Position numbers and translations under genes: made by a program
The notes under the pieces: generated by a model
Databases searched by the model: none
Told to the model about the DNA's origin: nothing
Seen by the model: only the letters and a program-made list of their open reading frames with translations
Shown here: piece by piece, positions 38,908 to 50,589 of the stretch
Numbering within the stretch: the first letter of the stretch is position 1
Layout: every line of letters starts with the position of its first letter
Source of the DNA: Nageia nagi
Taxonomy: Eukaryota > Plantae > Pinophyta
Length of the DNA: 64,000 nt
NCBI GenBank assembly: GCA_050084985.1
Contig: JBITNC010000002.1
Coordinates: 30,008,001 to 30,072,000, forward strand
Direction of reading: 5' to 3'

Positions 38908-41807
38908 ACCTACCAACCTTCACCTGATGATGAGTGGGGCATTGATATAGGTGAATGCCTTGATATCTTTAACATGGACGTGGGATAAGAGCTTGAGGAT
39001 GCTATAGATGAAGACTAGGTAGGGGAGAGCTCTACTCGCCCAGACAAGAGCCAAACCTATATGCACATGACCAAGGATGTCGTTCATATCAAGATTGTGT
39101 ACACAGACAAGGCCAACCCATAGAAACTTGAAGATCTTAAGCAAATCAGTCAGATAATTAACACAGACAATATTGTGATTGTGGGAAGAAAGCACTTCAT
39201 CATAGCTAATGTGGATGCAATAATGAAACATGGGCTACAAAAGAAAGAAGAAATCAAGAGCCTGAAGAAAGAGTTGGCCGCCTAGAGGAGGTTGACAGGA
39301 GAGATGGAGTCCATGAAAATGCCCCCTGAAGAACTCAAGAAGTTTAAACCATTTTAAGGAGAGGTTGGTGGTTGTTAAGGAAGAGTTGATTGAGGAAGTG
39401 CTAGTGGTGGTGATGTAATATGTAGAAGCCTTACAAAAAGTCTCCATCGAGGAAGAGAAGTTGAAAAGGATTGTGACGAGCAGAGTAGAGTTCCTTAGGA
39501 GATTGGAGTCTTGAAGACCTATAATTGAAAACTTTCAGACAACAGGGAATAGAAGACCGGAGGATGTTAGCTTTTGCAGCGAATGTTGGTTCTACTTGGG
39601 AGTAGTGCAACAAATGAGTACTCACTTCCAAGAAATGAGCAAGGAGATTACGAAGATCAGTGATAAGGTGAACTCACGACTGGAGCAGACGGAGTACGAA
39701 GTCAAGTTCCTTCTTGAAGAAGACACTAATATCAGAGAACGAGATGAGGTAGTTGCTGAAGTGAGACACTTTCTCCAAAGCTTGCTGCTGACAGAGAACA
39801 TAAATGCATGTCGAACAGGGAGCCATGCCAGACATATGATGAAGGTGCACTCCTGGAAGCTAGAGATGGAGAAGATCACTTGTAAGGTTGATGACTCTGT
39901 TGCAAGGAACTTTGGGACATCTTATGAGATGGTGTACAACTTAGAGTTCACGACTAAGTACCTAGATGAAGGCTTTGAGGATAGAGTTGTAGCCTTAGGG
40001 CAACCGTCATAGTTTATTTTATTAATTTCATGGTTTTATTTTAGTTGAGATATCTTATTTGAGAAAAGGCTTTTTATTGAATATTTTATTCTAGGCTTGT
40101 GATGGATGAGGATTTGCTCCCACAAGTGCTAGAGCAAATCTTGTAACACCATGCTGCGATTTCTTGTTGGACAATATTTTATTTTCTTGAAAGACATAAT
40201 TAGGGTTAGGGAAACACTTGAAGTTGCCAAAAAACTATTTATAGCCCTTAAGGGCTCATTTGTTGGGAGTTAGACATTTTTTGCAAATTGGAGAACTTAA
40301 AGACATTTTTTGCAAATTGGAGAACTTAACTAATACTTTCAAACCAGCAAGTTTGTTTCAATTTGTGAATGGGTTTATCTTAAGCAACTGAATGGTGTAG
40401 TTTCTCATTAGTTTGGAACTATGAAATTGATTGAATGCTATTGACATATCCTGAGAAGTTTAGTGGATGATTATTTCTATCTTGTGTTGTCTTGAGTACT
40501 TGGTGCATTTCATAAATCTTGCAAGGTGGATGAAAGAATGCTTGAATATCTCTTGAAGTAGTTTGAGTAACACTTGTGTGGTAATAGTTCATAGTTTGCT
40601 TTATAGACTTGTGCACTTTTGAGATGGCTCTCTTATGTCATTTAGCGTAGGAACTTCACTCAATTGTTGGAGACCTACCCATGTTTTACCCTTTACTATC
40701 ATTGCCTTACGTTCACGCTCGTCTCACTAGTTCCCTCATGTTGTTGGCTAGTGGGTTGGATTAGGAGTGCATGGAACCTACATCAAACCCGGAAGAGTTG
40801 ATTTCGAATCTTGCACCTATCGATGGGATCATAACCCGTGTGTTGAACTCATATGCCATTGTCTAATCTACAATTTTCTTTATTTTTCACTTTTTTCAGC
40901 GGCTTTCGCACACCCTCTATTTGTTTTGGTTTGAGAAGCAACCTTTATCCAAATATAGGGACACTTTGAGTCCTTGATTAACAATTTTTTTTTGAGTTGG
41001 TGATAGCTGCAAACATCTTATCTAGTCTCCTGAATCTCATTCTTGCATAATCCATCCAAGAGACCTTTGAGGTAACCAATTCTCATAGCGGGGTTGGGTA
41101 ACGCCCTTCCACCTAGGTGTTGGTGTCTTTCTCAAGCTTTGCAAGTCATTTGCCTATTCGCAAGGTAGGAAAGAAAAAGCCCCCAATAGAGTACATCCCA
41201 ATAGATCGAGGGATTCTACAGACAAAATGACAACATCATGGGCATGTTTTCTAGAGGAGTACGAAAAACCTTGGCTTTCTTGGAAGAGACCATAGAATCA
41301 TATGTTCTCACCGATGAAGAGTGGAACGGGTGTTGAATCCCTAGATTTGATTTACTTGCAGATGCTATCTGCAAATATCTTTTCAGTATTAATGCATATT
41401 TGTTATGGTTGTCAGACTTTTACTAGATTTGACAGGTGCAGGGATGAGTTTTTGCTCCCTTCGGATCAAATTTGTTACTCATTTATTGATCTAATCGGTG
41501 TAGCGATGAGGTTTTGCTCCCGTTTGTTCAAATGTTAGACTTTATTTGCATATTTGATTTTATTCCGCACTTGTTAGAGATAGATTAGATGTTTTGTGGC
41601 AGTGGCATTTATGTTTTGACAGTTTTTTGATGCCATTTGCATAGATGTTTGTGATATGATCTGATTTTGTATTGATATATGTGTTGCGTGTGACCATACC
41701 ATATGAAATTTGATGCCTTTAGGGGAAGGCTGCATTATTACAACTATGTTTTGTGGCCTACTTATACCCCATTTTGGCCATTTAGAAGGGATTTTTGCAA
41801 TTGAAAG

Positions 41808-44800
41808 AAAGGAATGCTGGTGATGTGTTGTTGAATATATTTGCAAAGTTGATTTTTTTTTGGAATTGTGCTTCAAAGGAATGTTGTGAATCTGTCATTT
41901 GTGGGATCATGCATATTATCTTGTAAGAATTTCTTGCCAGTTTGAATAGTTTTTACTGCTTAAGTGCATCCTCTTTGAAAACTAAGAGTTTTATGAGGAG
42001 AAGATTTAATATCTTATGAAGTAGTTTAAGTTGTTCATTGCATGGTTTGCATATAAGTGTATGTATTTTGAGGCGAATAGCTTATCTCTATGTCATTTAG
42101 CTAGAACATATGTATTCACATGTTGGTCATTTCCCTTTATCTTCATTTTCATCAAGTGTTCCACCATTAACACTACAACTCCTTGCTCTCATCTAGTAGC
42201 AACTTGAGCTTAGCTATTTGCTGCTAGGCTTGATAAGTGAATACATGCTTCTTAAGGAATACGGAGATGACCTGCTGAGACATTGCATCACTGGTGATTG
42301 TTTGATATGCTTATTTTCTTATTCTTATGCATTTATCCCTACATTTGTGATCTTTCTTCGCTTTCGTTCACATCTGTAGTAGGATGCCCGCCCCGCCCTT
42401 AATAATAGAGAATGGGGAAATGATGGCGTGAACTTTTCCTCAATGAAAAGGGAAACTTGAACAGTTGAATTTGTTTTTTAGGCTTGCCCTATCTCTCGAT
42501 TATTCAGGGGCAAGAATTTGTGAAATGGTTCATTGAGAGGGTGGGGTGAATGGTATAAGGACATGTGTAGGCCCCTGGCTCGTCGGGGGCGGGGGGGGGT
42601 AGGGATGGGGAACAAAGTAGAAAATTGGGAGTTGGGGAGGCCCCACCCATTATCCAATTGTGCCAATCCCCAATATACCTATAATACTTGGTCCTATACC
42701 TATTGTTCAAATCCATGTCTAGTCAACAATGGCACAACCTGTACAACCTGTGTCTTGGCGACAAGGGACACCCATCAATGTTCCAGGTCAACAACATGCC
42801 ATGCCTAAGAATGCTACTTACAATATCCTTAAGTTTAGGGATGATGGCACATTAACGACCAAAGAGCACATCAATTTATATAAAGAGTCTGGCCAAGCTG
42901 AATGTTACTCATGAAGATGTGGCTTGTCAACGTTTCTCTCTCATTAGATTACCAAGCCCTCGACTAGTGCATCAGCATACCACATGGGTCCATCACTTCA
43001 TGGGACCAATTGCAGGCAACATTTTTCAGTCAATTCAAAATGCTCGTTGACCCATCAGTGTTGTACCATCAATTCTATGCGACAAAGCAATAACCTAGAG
43101 AGCTTGTCAGTACATTCGACTCTAGATTTCAAAAAGCCTACTCTAGATTGATTCCGCCAAGTAATATTAATCAAGGTATAGCATTACAAGTTTATTTTGG
43201 GGATTTGAATCCTTTAATCTCTGCTTTTGTCGTCAGAGAAGGAAATATCACTACTCTAGCAGAGGCCTACTAAGAAGCTGTCAAGATTGAACGACAATTT
43301 TCATCCTAGCCTCTTGCTGCAGATCCATTTGGAAGTATGAAACCTGCCCTTCAATATCTAAATGCATATGATTATGCTGCCAAAATACAAAGTGTGAATG
43401 GCCTAGCAATGCCAAGCCTTCCTATGTCTACGAATGCCATTCACCCAAATAAGATACTACCTTACTACCCGCAATTACAGACTGCTGTTGGTAGTACAAC
43501 AAATGCTTTGGCTATTCCTCCCACTATCTCTGCTTTGTTGTCTTTGCCCTTCATCATTGACTCTAATCCCCGACTATCTTTCTTACCTGATGCAACTCTT
43601 GAAGCCTCAATAGCTTCGAATACTCCTATCAATGACCCTAACAAGAATGAAGCGATGATGAATTTGGAAAGAATGATGCAACGACTGAGTAATGATATCA
43701 CGCAGATTAAGAGGGATCAAAGCAATCAAGCCAAAATAATTAGAATGATAGGCCCAAAGCCTATAATTTTTAGAGGCCCAATAGATACTAGGACACTGCT
43801 ACAAACAATGGCGGGGTACCTAATGCAATTGTCAACAACAACAATGTAAATTAAGTCCATAATGTTGACATACCCATTGTGTCGATACCAAACTAGTGCA
43901 AAATTCATTCCATGACGGCATATAATGAAACAAAGTGTCCAAAATTCAAGACAACATTGAATGTCTTCCATCAAGAGATGCAAACTATGGAGATTGTCCC
44001 TGTAGATGTTGCTCCTGCTCATCAAGCCGACCAACACCAAGTGATGCTCATTGAAATTGTCGATGTGGAGGTAGATGCAGAGGCATATAGTTCGAATGAT
44101 GAAGTTTATACTACACAACAACTTTATGCAGAAGAAGCTACTTCTATCTTGCCTACAGAAGAAGTTTGTGTTGCACAACCAACAACAACCCGACTTGCTT
44201 ACATTTTTTGGAGGAGAGACGAATCTCCTATGACTACATCAACACCTCTGAACAACTTGCTCACTTCGCTAGATTTGACTTCTCAAGTCGATCCTTCTCC
44301 TGTTCATCCGATTCCACAAGTCGACAATGTTTATGTCTGTCTAGGGGAGGCATCTTCTTCCACTGCTCAACCAAAGCATGTACCTACGCAGTCAGGACAA
44401 TCTCAAGGGCATATTCAAAGGAATGCTCATGCTATGTTGTTGAATATATTTGCAATGTTGATTTCTTTTTGCAATTGTGCTTTAAAGGAATGTTGTAAAT
44501 CTATCATTCATGGGATCATGCATATTATCTTGTAAGAATTTCTTGCTAGTTTGAATAGTTTTTACAGCTTAAGTGCATCCTCTTTAGAAACATAGAGTTT
44601 TAAGAGGAGAAGGTTGAATATCTTATGAAGTAGTTTAAGTTATTCATTGCATGGTTTGCACATAATTGTATGTATTTTGAGGCGAATAGCTTATCTCTGT
44701 GTCATTCAGCTAGAATATATGTATTCACATGTTGGTCATTTCCCTTTATCTTCATTTCCATCAAGTCTTCCACCACAAACCCTACAGCTCCCTGCTCTCG

Positions 44801-44983
44801 TCTAGTAGCAACTTGAGCTTTGCTATTTGCTGCTAGGCTTGATAAGTGAATACATGCTTCTTAAGGAATGCGGAGACGACTTGCCAAGACACTACATCAT
44901 TGGTGATTGTTTCATATGCTTATTTCCTCATTCCTATGCATTTATCCTTGCATTTGTGATTTTTTTCGCTTTCGTTCATATCT
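41808..44983 (+). repeat. Diverged direct repeats of about 570 bp (41808-42375 and 44417-44983) flanking the gag fragment
   Basis: aaggaatgct...ttcgttcaca/tatct is present twice. A third homologous tract lies on the minus strand at about 54515-55030. Confidence 0.88.
42385..44416 (+). pseudogene. Decayed Ty3/Gypsy gag (Retrotrans_gag-like) downstream of LTR copy B
   Basis: KFRDDG...KEHI, HEDVACQRF, SITSWDQLQATFFSQF, ELVSTFDSRFQKAY, TTLAEAY.EAVKIE motifs with stops. Confidence 0.75.
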
Positions 44984-45521
44984 AGAGTCTTTCCTCATTT
45001 TTTTTATAACTTATGAAAAGAGTTCGTCAGTGAATCTCAATTGTGTACAATTGAACATCATGCATCTCTAATCATTGTGCACACGGGTCCATGTTCCATT
45101 TGAGTGCTTGGGTCAAGTAACGCTGTTTCCTCTAAGTTTTATGCATGTTTTGCAAGGAAAGAAAAACATACCAACAGAAACCAAGATGCCCAATGCTAAA
45201 CTACCTATCAAAAGCATAAATGATCATGGACAAACACTAAGAATTATGATGATTTATGGAAAAGCAAAACTCAGCAATGGACAATTGAGCAAGAAAGAGA
45301 GAATGTTATACTTTTTAGTGATATATAATGCAGTTTTGCATGCTATTTCAAAGAAACTTAGAGGAAATCAGTCATTAAACAATTGGTTTACAATGCTTTT
45401 GACAAGTATGACTTTACAATGTTTTAAATTAGATTTGCATGATTCTTTGTCTGAAGTGCAAACACAAGAAAGATTTTTTTCCTGAGATTCATGTTGAACG
45501 AACCATAAATAATATATTTGA

Positions 45522-46125
45522 GGGAAAATTACCAAAATACCCTTATATTTTATTATAATTATGAAAATATCCCTACTTTTTTCAGAATTACAAAAATATC
45601 CTTGCATGGGTAAAATTCCAAGGGACATATAATGTAAATCACGAGACAAGGACCTTCTTGTTGGTATCCATCTAGCTCATCCCACATAAGCTTTGATAGC
45701 CATCCTTTGAGCTGGATGTTTGTGAAATGGTCTATGGTCTTTTTTGTATTCTTGATAATTTTCTTTTCGAAATAAGCACTTTGCACCACCAAGACATAGA
45801 GTTCTGATAAATCATTATTTTGTTTAGATTGTAAAAGAAGTGATCTGAACTTTAGACAATTAGTATCTGATATATGTTCACTGCAACTCGAACAACAATA
45901 CAAAGGTTATTTTTCTAGTCCAAGAATACAAAAACGAAGAAGCTCGGCTATCAGAGCTTATGTGGGATGAGCTAGATGGATACCAACAAGAAGGTCCTTG
46001 TCTTGTGATTTAGATTATATGCCCATTGGAATTTTGCACATGCAAGGGGTTTTTTGTAATTTTGAAAAAAGTAGAGGTATTTTCTTAATTATGATAAAAT
46101 ATAGTGGTATTTTGGTAATCTTCCC
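45522..46125. mobile_element. Mutator-like (MULE) non-autonomous element
   Basis: TIRs of about 180 bp (GGGAAAATTACC... / ...GGTAATCTTCCC). Degenerate 9-bp TSD tatatttga/tatattcta. Confidence 0.85.
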
Positions 46126-46271
46126 TATATTCTATAGGTATTTAAGGGCAAACACTTTAAAGTGGAGGAAGCGTCCTCGAGGCATAACAAATCACTTGAA
46201 GGTTTTCTAATTGCAACCATAATCTCATTCTCGTATAGTTATTGAACTGAAGAGGCTAGCCCCTTTCCACT

Positions 46272-46627
46272 TTCAACTTGAGGAAATGATGTAAAACTTG
46301 ACGTATATCCCAAAGATATGAGTGATCTTATGAGAATATTACAACATATTAATTATAATACTGAAAAATCTACAATTTTTGCAAGATATAGACAAATTGC
46401 AAAAAAAATTTAAACATGGCAATGGAAAGGGTTTTCATAGGAGTATATTTACTTTCAACTTGAGGAAATGATGTAAAACTTGACGTATATCCCAAAGATA
46501 TGAGTGATCTTATTAGAATATTACAACATATTAATTATAATACTGAAAAATCTACAATTTTTGCAAGATATAGACAAATTACAAAAAGAAGTTAAACATG
46601 GCAATGGAAAGGGTTTTCGCAGGAGTA
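46272..46627. repeat. Near-perfect tandem duplication of about 181 bp
   Basis: tttcaacttgaggaaatgatgtaaaac...gggttttc..aggagtat occurs twice. Confidence 0.9.
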
Positions 46628-47439
46628 TGCCTCTTGGGAGTCAATTGAGATACTTGATCAAATAGCTTTGTCTTGCCTTCCCTCAAGCAAGACAAATCTC
46701 CCCCTTCCAACTTGCTTCCCCTCAAGCAAGACAAGAAAGATAGTATCATCCCACATGCATAAGTGAATAGGTGGGGCCAATTGAAAGGCTCCATAAATCG
46801 TAATTTTTTCTTCAATTGAAGGATTTTTTTTGAGAATCATTTTCAAGTCTGTCAAACAACAGTGTTTTGAAGCTTGAGGACGTTCCTTTTAACCTTCATA
46901 GAAAACCATTGAAGACGCCTCCCCCGCCCTTCTTTGGTTCTTCTTTCTATTTCAAAGACATCCAAGTTTAATGATTCTACTTAGTTAAGGAATGCTCAAC
47001 AATTTAGATTTATTGTAAGAGCCTTGATCCATTCTACTTTCTGGGTTTTATCTATGCATGTAAGTTATGTTACAAATCTAGGCTAAAATAAAAAAAATAA
47101 TAATATAAGGAAATAATTGAAAATTAGCATATTATATATACTGGGTTTTGTTTCATTCCATTTCGTTTGGGATATTACATTGGAACTTTAATCCAAAGTC
47201 TTCTTTTTCCTTTTGTATAGTCTAATCAACTGCATCAATCTCAGAAGTGAGAGAGTTTTGTGTCTTCTAGATTTCATGCTTTAAAGCTAAACAGTGATGC
47301 AAATTCATAGTTATTGCAATTAATAACAATTTATCCATCATCAGGTGGGAGAAAAAAGAAGAAAACAATGAGGAAGTTTCTCTAGCAGCTAGATGGACAA
47401 TTAAACCAATTCAAGGTGGTGTTTCTTCTCAGGGTTCAA

Positions 47440-48420
47440 AATGAAATAATATTATGGCATTGTTAGAAATAATAAGAGAGTCATGGTTGGTTCTTTTATA
47501 GATATTTTGAAGTAATGACCAACTATTTGGTTGAAGCATGAGCTGTTTATGCTAGAGTTAAACTAGTCAAGGATAGTAAGGTTAAAAAATTGATGGTAGA
47601 GGGAGACTCTCTAAATATAATTGACTTCCTAGGAGGAAAAGCTAATTTAAGTTGGAATATGACTAGCATTCTTCAAGAGCCAACGCCTATATAGGTAGGG
47701 CATGCCCTTGTTGGACATGACAATGGCATTCTACAGTAACATAGATGTTGGTTCTGGTTCCTATAGCCCCATCGATGCAAAATGACAATGCACCATAATA
47801 AGGTGTGCTACAACCACCTACTAATTGTAATGGTGGTTTTACCATTTAATGCCTGTTGGTACCTACTAATATCACAATGAAGTGAAAGCCTAATTGTGGT
47901 CTATCATAATTAGAATGTGAATAGAACCTCTGAGACCTTTGACATGCTCCTCGAGCCCATCCTCTACACTGTCAGTTGAGGAAAATGAAGGAAAAAAATT
48001 TCCAGATGTTAGAATCCTTTGAAGAATATGGAGTGAGCCATGTTGCAAGAGAAGGAAACAAAGTTGTAGATTGGCTGGCAAATTGGGTTACTCTCAAAGA
48101 AGAGGATAAGAGATGGATTCCTCCAGATATTTTCCCTTCTGATTTAATTTTTATTGAGAAAAAATAATCCAACTTAAATGGGGATGGAAATGTTTAATCA
48201 CTTAAAAATGAAATGATTCAATAATTTCTTTGCTGCTTTTAGAAGTGAGGATTGTAATATTTTGTAGTTGTCTTTTCTGCTTGTTCTAGATCATTTCTAT
48301 CATTATGCTGGTTGCTAGTTTCCAGGGAAGTATTACTGGGCTACCCTTCTTTTGCATTGTGTAAGTCTATAAAGGTACAGGCCCTTTCAATCCCTGTTAT
48401 TACCTTTTAAGCAAACAAAA
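47440..48420 (+). mobile_element. L1-type LINE 3' remnant with a plant RNase H-like domain, interrupted at about 47680-47975
   Basis: TNYLVEA, KLMVEGDSLNII and SHVAREGNKVVDWLAN motifs. A-rich 3' end at about 48410-48420. Confidence 0.75.
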
Positions 48421-48936
48421 TAACAATAGAAATTAGGCTTCTTCATTCATTTGCATAAATTGGCAAGAACAAGCTTTTTCATTCATCAAAATACAAAATA
48501 AGCTTTTTGTTACATAGCTTAGTAAAAGCAGGATGACATCTCTAGTAGCACCCTTAACCACATCCCAAATATGCCTTTTACTACTTTTGGCTAAGGTAAA
48601 ATTATCACAGATTCACAACTATAATAAAATATGATATCCATTTTAATTTTTCAGTTCTGTTAAAAATGCATACAACTTATTTTAACAAATGAAGGGTTAG
48701 GCATTCAACTCTACTTTTTTTTTGGTCATAATTGAAAAGTGAAACTACGTGTTGATTCACCGTAATGTGGTACTGGAAGTGTATGTTGTTTTACAATTAA
48801 AAAATTCAAATTGAATTCTATGAAGCGACTTACACATTGGTTTGTTTACCATTGTGTCTGTATTTGCTTAACATTTGTGCTCTATTACATTGTTTCCAAT
48901 CCTTGATTTTGTTTTGGGCTTTTCTGAAACATGCAG

Positions 48937-48977
48937 GATGTGTGCGTGTTTGGGATCAGCGCCAAAAAGATGACCCT
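48937..48977 (+). CDS. WDR92: WDR92 exon 8 (CVRVWDQRQKDDP)
   Basis: atgcag acceptor, CCT|gtgagt donor. Matches TVKVWDPRQKDDP. Follows a 26.1-kb intron. Confidence 0.93.
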
Positions 48978-49632
48978 GTGAGTATCTTTAGTTTAATTTT
49001 CCATTTGTTTGACTTTGTTTATTTCAGTTAGAGTTAGATAACATTTACCAGAATATTGAATGGACTCTGGTTTCTGTATGTGAATTGTGATTACCTACGG
49101 ACATGTGCTTCTTTTGTTTCGTTAGCTGTTAGTGCACTTTTGTGAAAATGTGTCTTAAAAATTGTTAGCAAAGCCTCACATTTTGAGCGCTTTATGGACA
49201 ATATGTCTTTTAAGAAAGAAGAAAGATTATATCAATGTCCACTGATGATTAAAGTAGGTCAATGGGGATGCTGGATATTCCCATAGTCTAGCAATTCCCT
49301 ATCAATGACCACTAAATGGGGAAGAACATAAAACATTTTATATGTTCGACCCTTTATATGGGGATGCTGGATATTCCCATAGTCTAGCAATTCCCCAAGG
49401 GTATTTGGATTGAAGACTCTTCCCCTTTGAACACAGGCCATTTTCTATCATGACAGAAAAATGCAGCATTTAATGTTCAATGTCTTTTGTAGTTTATTTG
49501 AAATGTCCAGTATATTTCGTTATTTTATTTATTTTTACTATGGAATTTTATCACAGTTACTGTTATTTTATCAGCCATTAGAATTGAGTATATTTAAATT
49601 TGTTACTAAATTATGTCAATAACTTATTGCAG

Positions 49633-49693
49633 GTAGCTGCATTTGAACCTGAAACCCGAGATGCAGCAAGAGACTGCTGGACTGTTGCATTTG
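49633..49693 (+). CDS. WDR92: WDR92 exon 9 (VAAFEPETRDAARDCWTVAFG); gene continues past the window
   Basis: ttgcag acceptor, G|gtaaaa donor. Conserved RDCWTVAFG motif. Confidence 0.93.
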
Positions 49694-50589
49694 GTAAAAA
49701 CTTTAGGCCTCATAATCTCAGATTCTCAGTAATGAAGGCTTGAAGTCTTTCTAGTTCTTGGCATTCGACCTTATTTCATAGAATTGGCTGTTCATGGTTC
49801 CTTGCAGAAAAATTTCATATCCTTATTTCCATGTCCATCATTAAGTAGTGTGGCAGTTCTGGCTCTCTAAGAGTATTTTTCGTCATGGCACAATGCTTTT
49901 ACTTTATCCTGTGGATATTGTTTGACTAATCTGGATGAGATTGTTCTATTCAGAATTCTGAGGAAACTTTTGTTTTGTTCTTCCCTTCTTTTTTACGTGT
50001 TCAAGGTATACTTCAGGTGTGCATATTTGGTTCTGAACATTCTTTCTGTTTTTAGTATTGTTCAAATGATTTGATCAAATTGATGCTGGCATCAATATTT
50101 TAATTGGTTTCAGACTTTGAAGTCATTCCTAGGAACACAGTCTTTGTGAAAAGAAGAAAAAATTGTGGATGTGGAGATTCCTCAAGGTGTCAACACTGTA
50201 GTATTCCAAGAAGTTTATTGTCCTTCATCTGAGAAGTTTACATGATATCTGTTCTATGAGCTAAGGGAGATATCTTTGCCCTGGACAGAGACTTAAAGCT
50301 CTATGATGATCCCTTGCTATCTTTTTCTGTTATTCAAACCAAAGTATTTGGTTCTTCACCTTCTGAAACAGCTATTTTCAGGTATTGGCCTTTATAGAAT
50401 GCATCTAGGACTAATGGATTTATTTATCCATTCTTTGAGCTTATTTCTGATTACGATTGTCCAGCAAAAAGCCAAGACCCCTTTTCCTTTGCATGAGCAG
50501 CTACTATATCTAGAGAATTCTGAGATGCAAGTGTTAGGAGATCAGAGCCAAACCTGGAGGGGCTGACAGCCAAAATCTGCAAGCATGAT

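Larger units (their letters stand above)
34418..41235 (+). mobile_element. Giant LTR, copy B (related subfamily), with an internal decayed ORF and two nested solo LTRs
   Basis: TGTTGTG start and CAACA end (41231-41235) followed by a TGG-type PBS. ORF fragments are homologous to copies A and C (IKWSKVVIDTLAEQL...FYVNSYLVYLLL). Coiled-coil-like fragments run to 40012. Confidence 0.75.

Noticed and set aside
48837-49031. 64-aa ORF as a standalone gene
   Set aside because: Only 48937-48977 (WDR92 exon 8) is coding. The rest is intron read-through.
49262-49396. 38-bp direct repeat as a functional element
   Set aside because: Only two copies with no structure. It is most simply a local duplication or repair scar.
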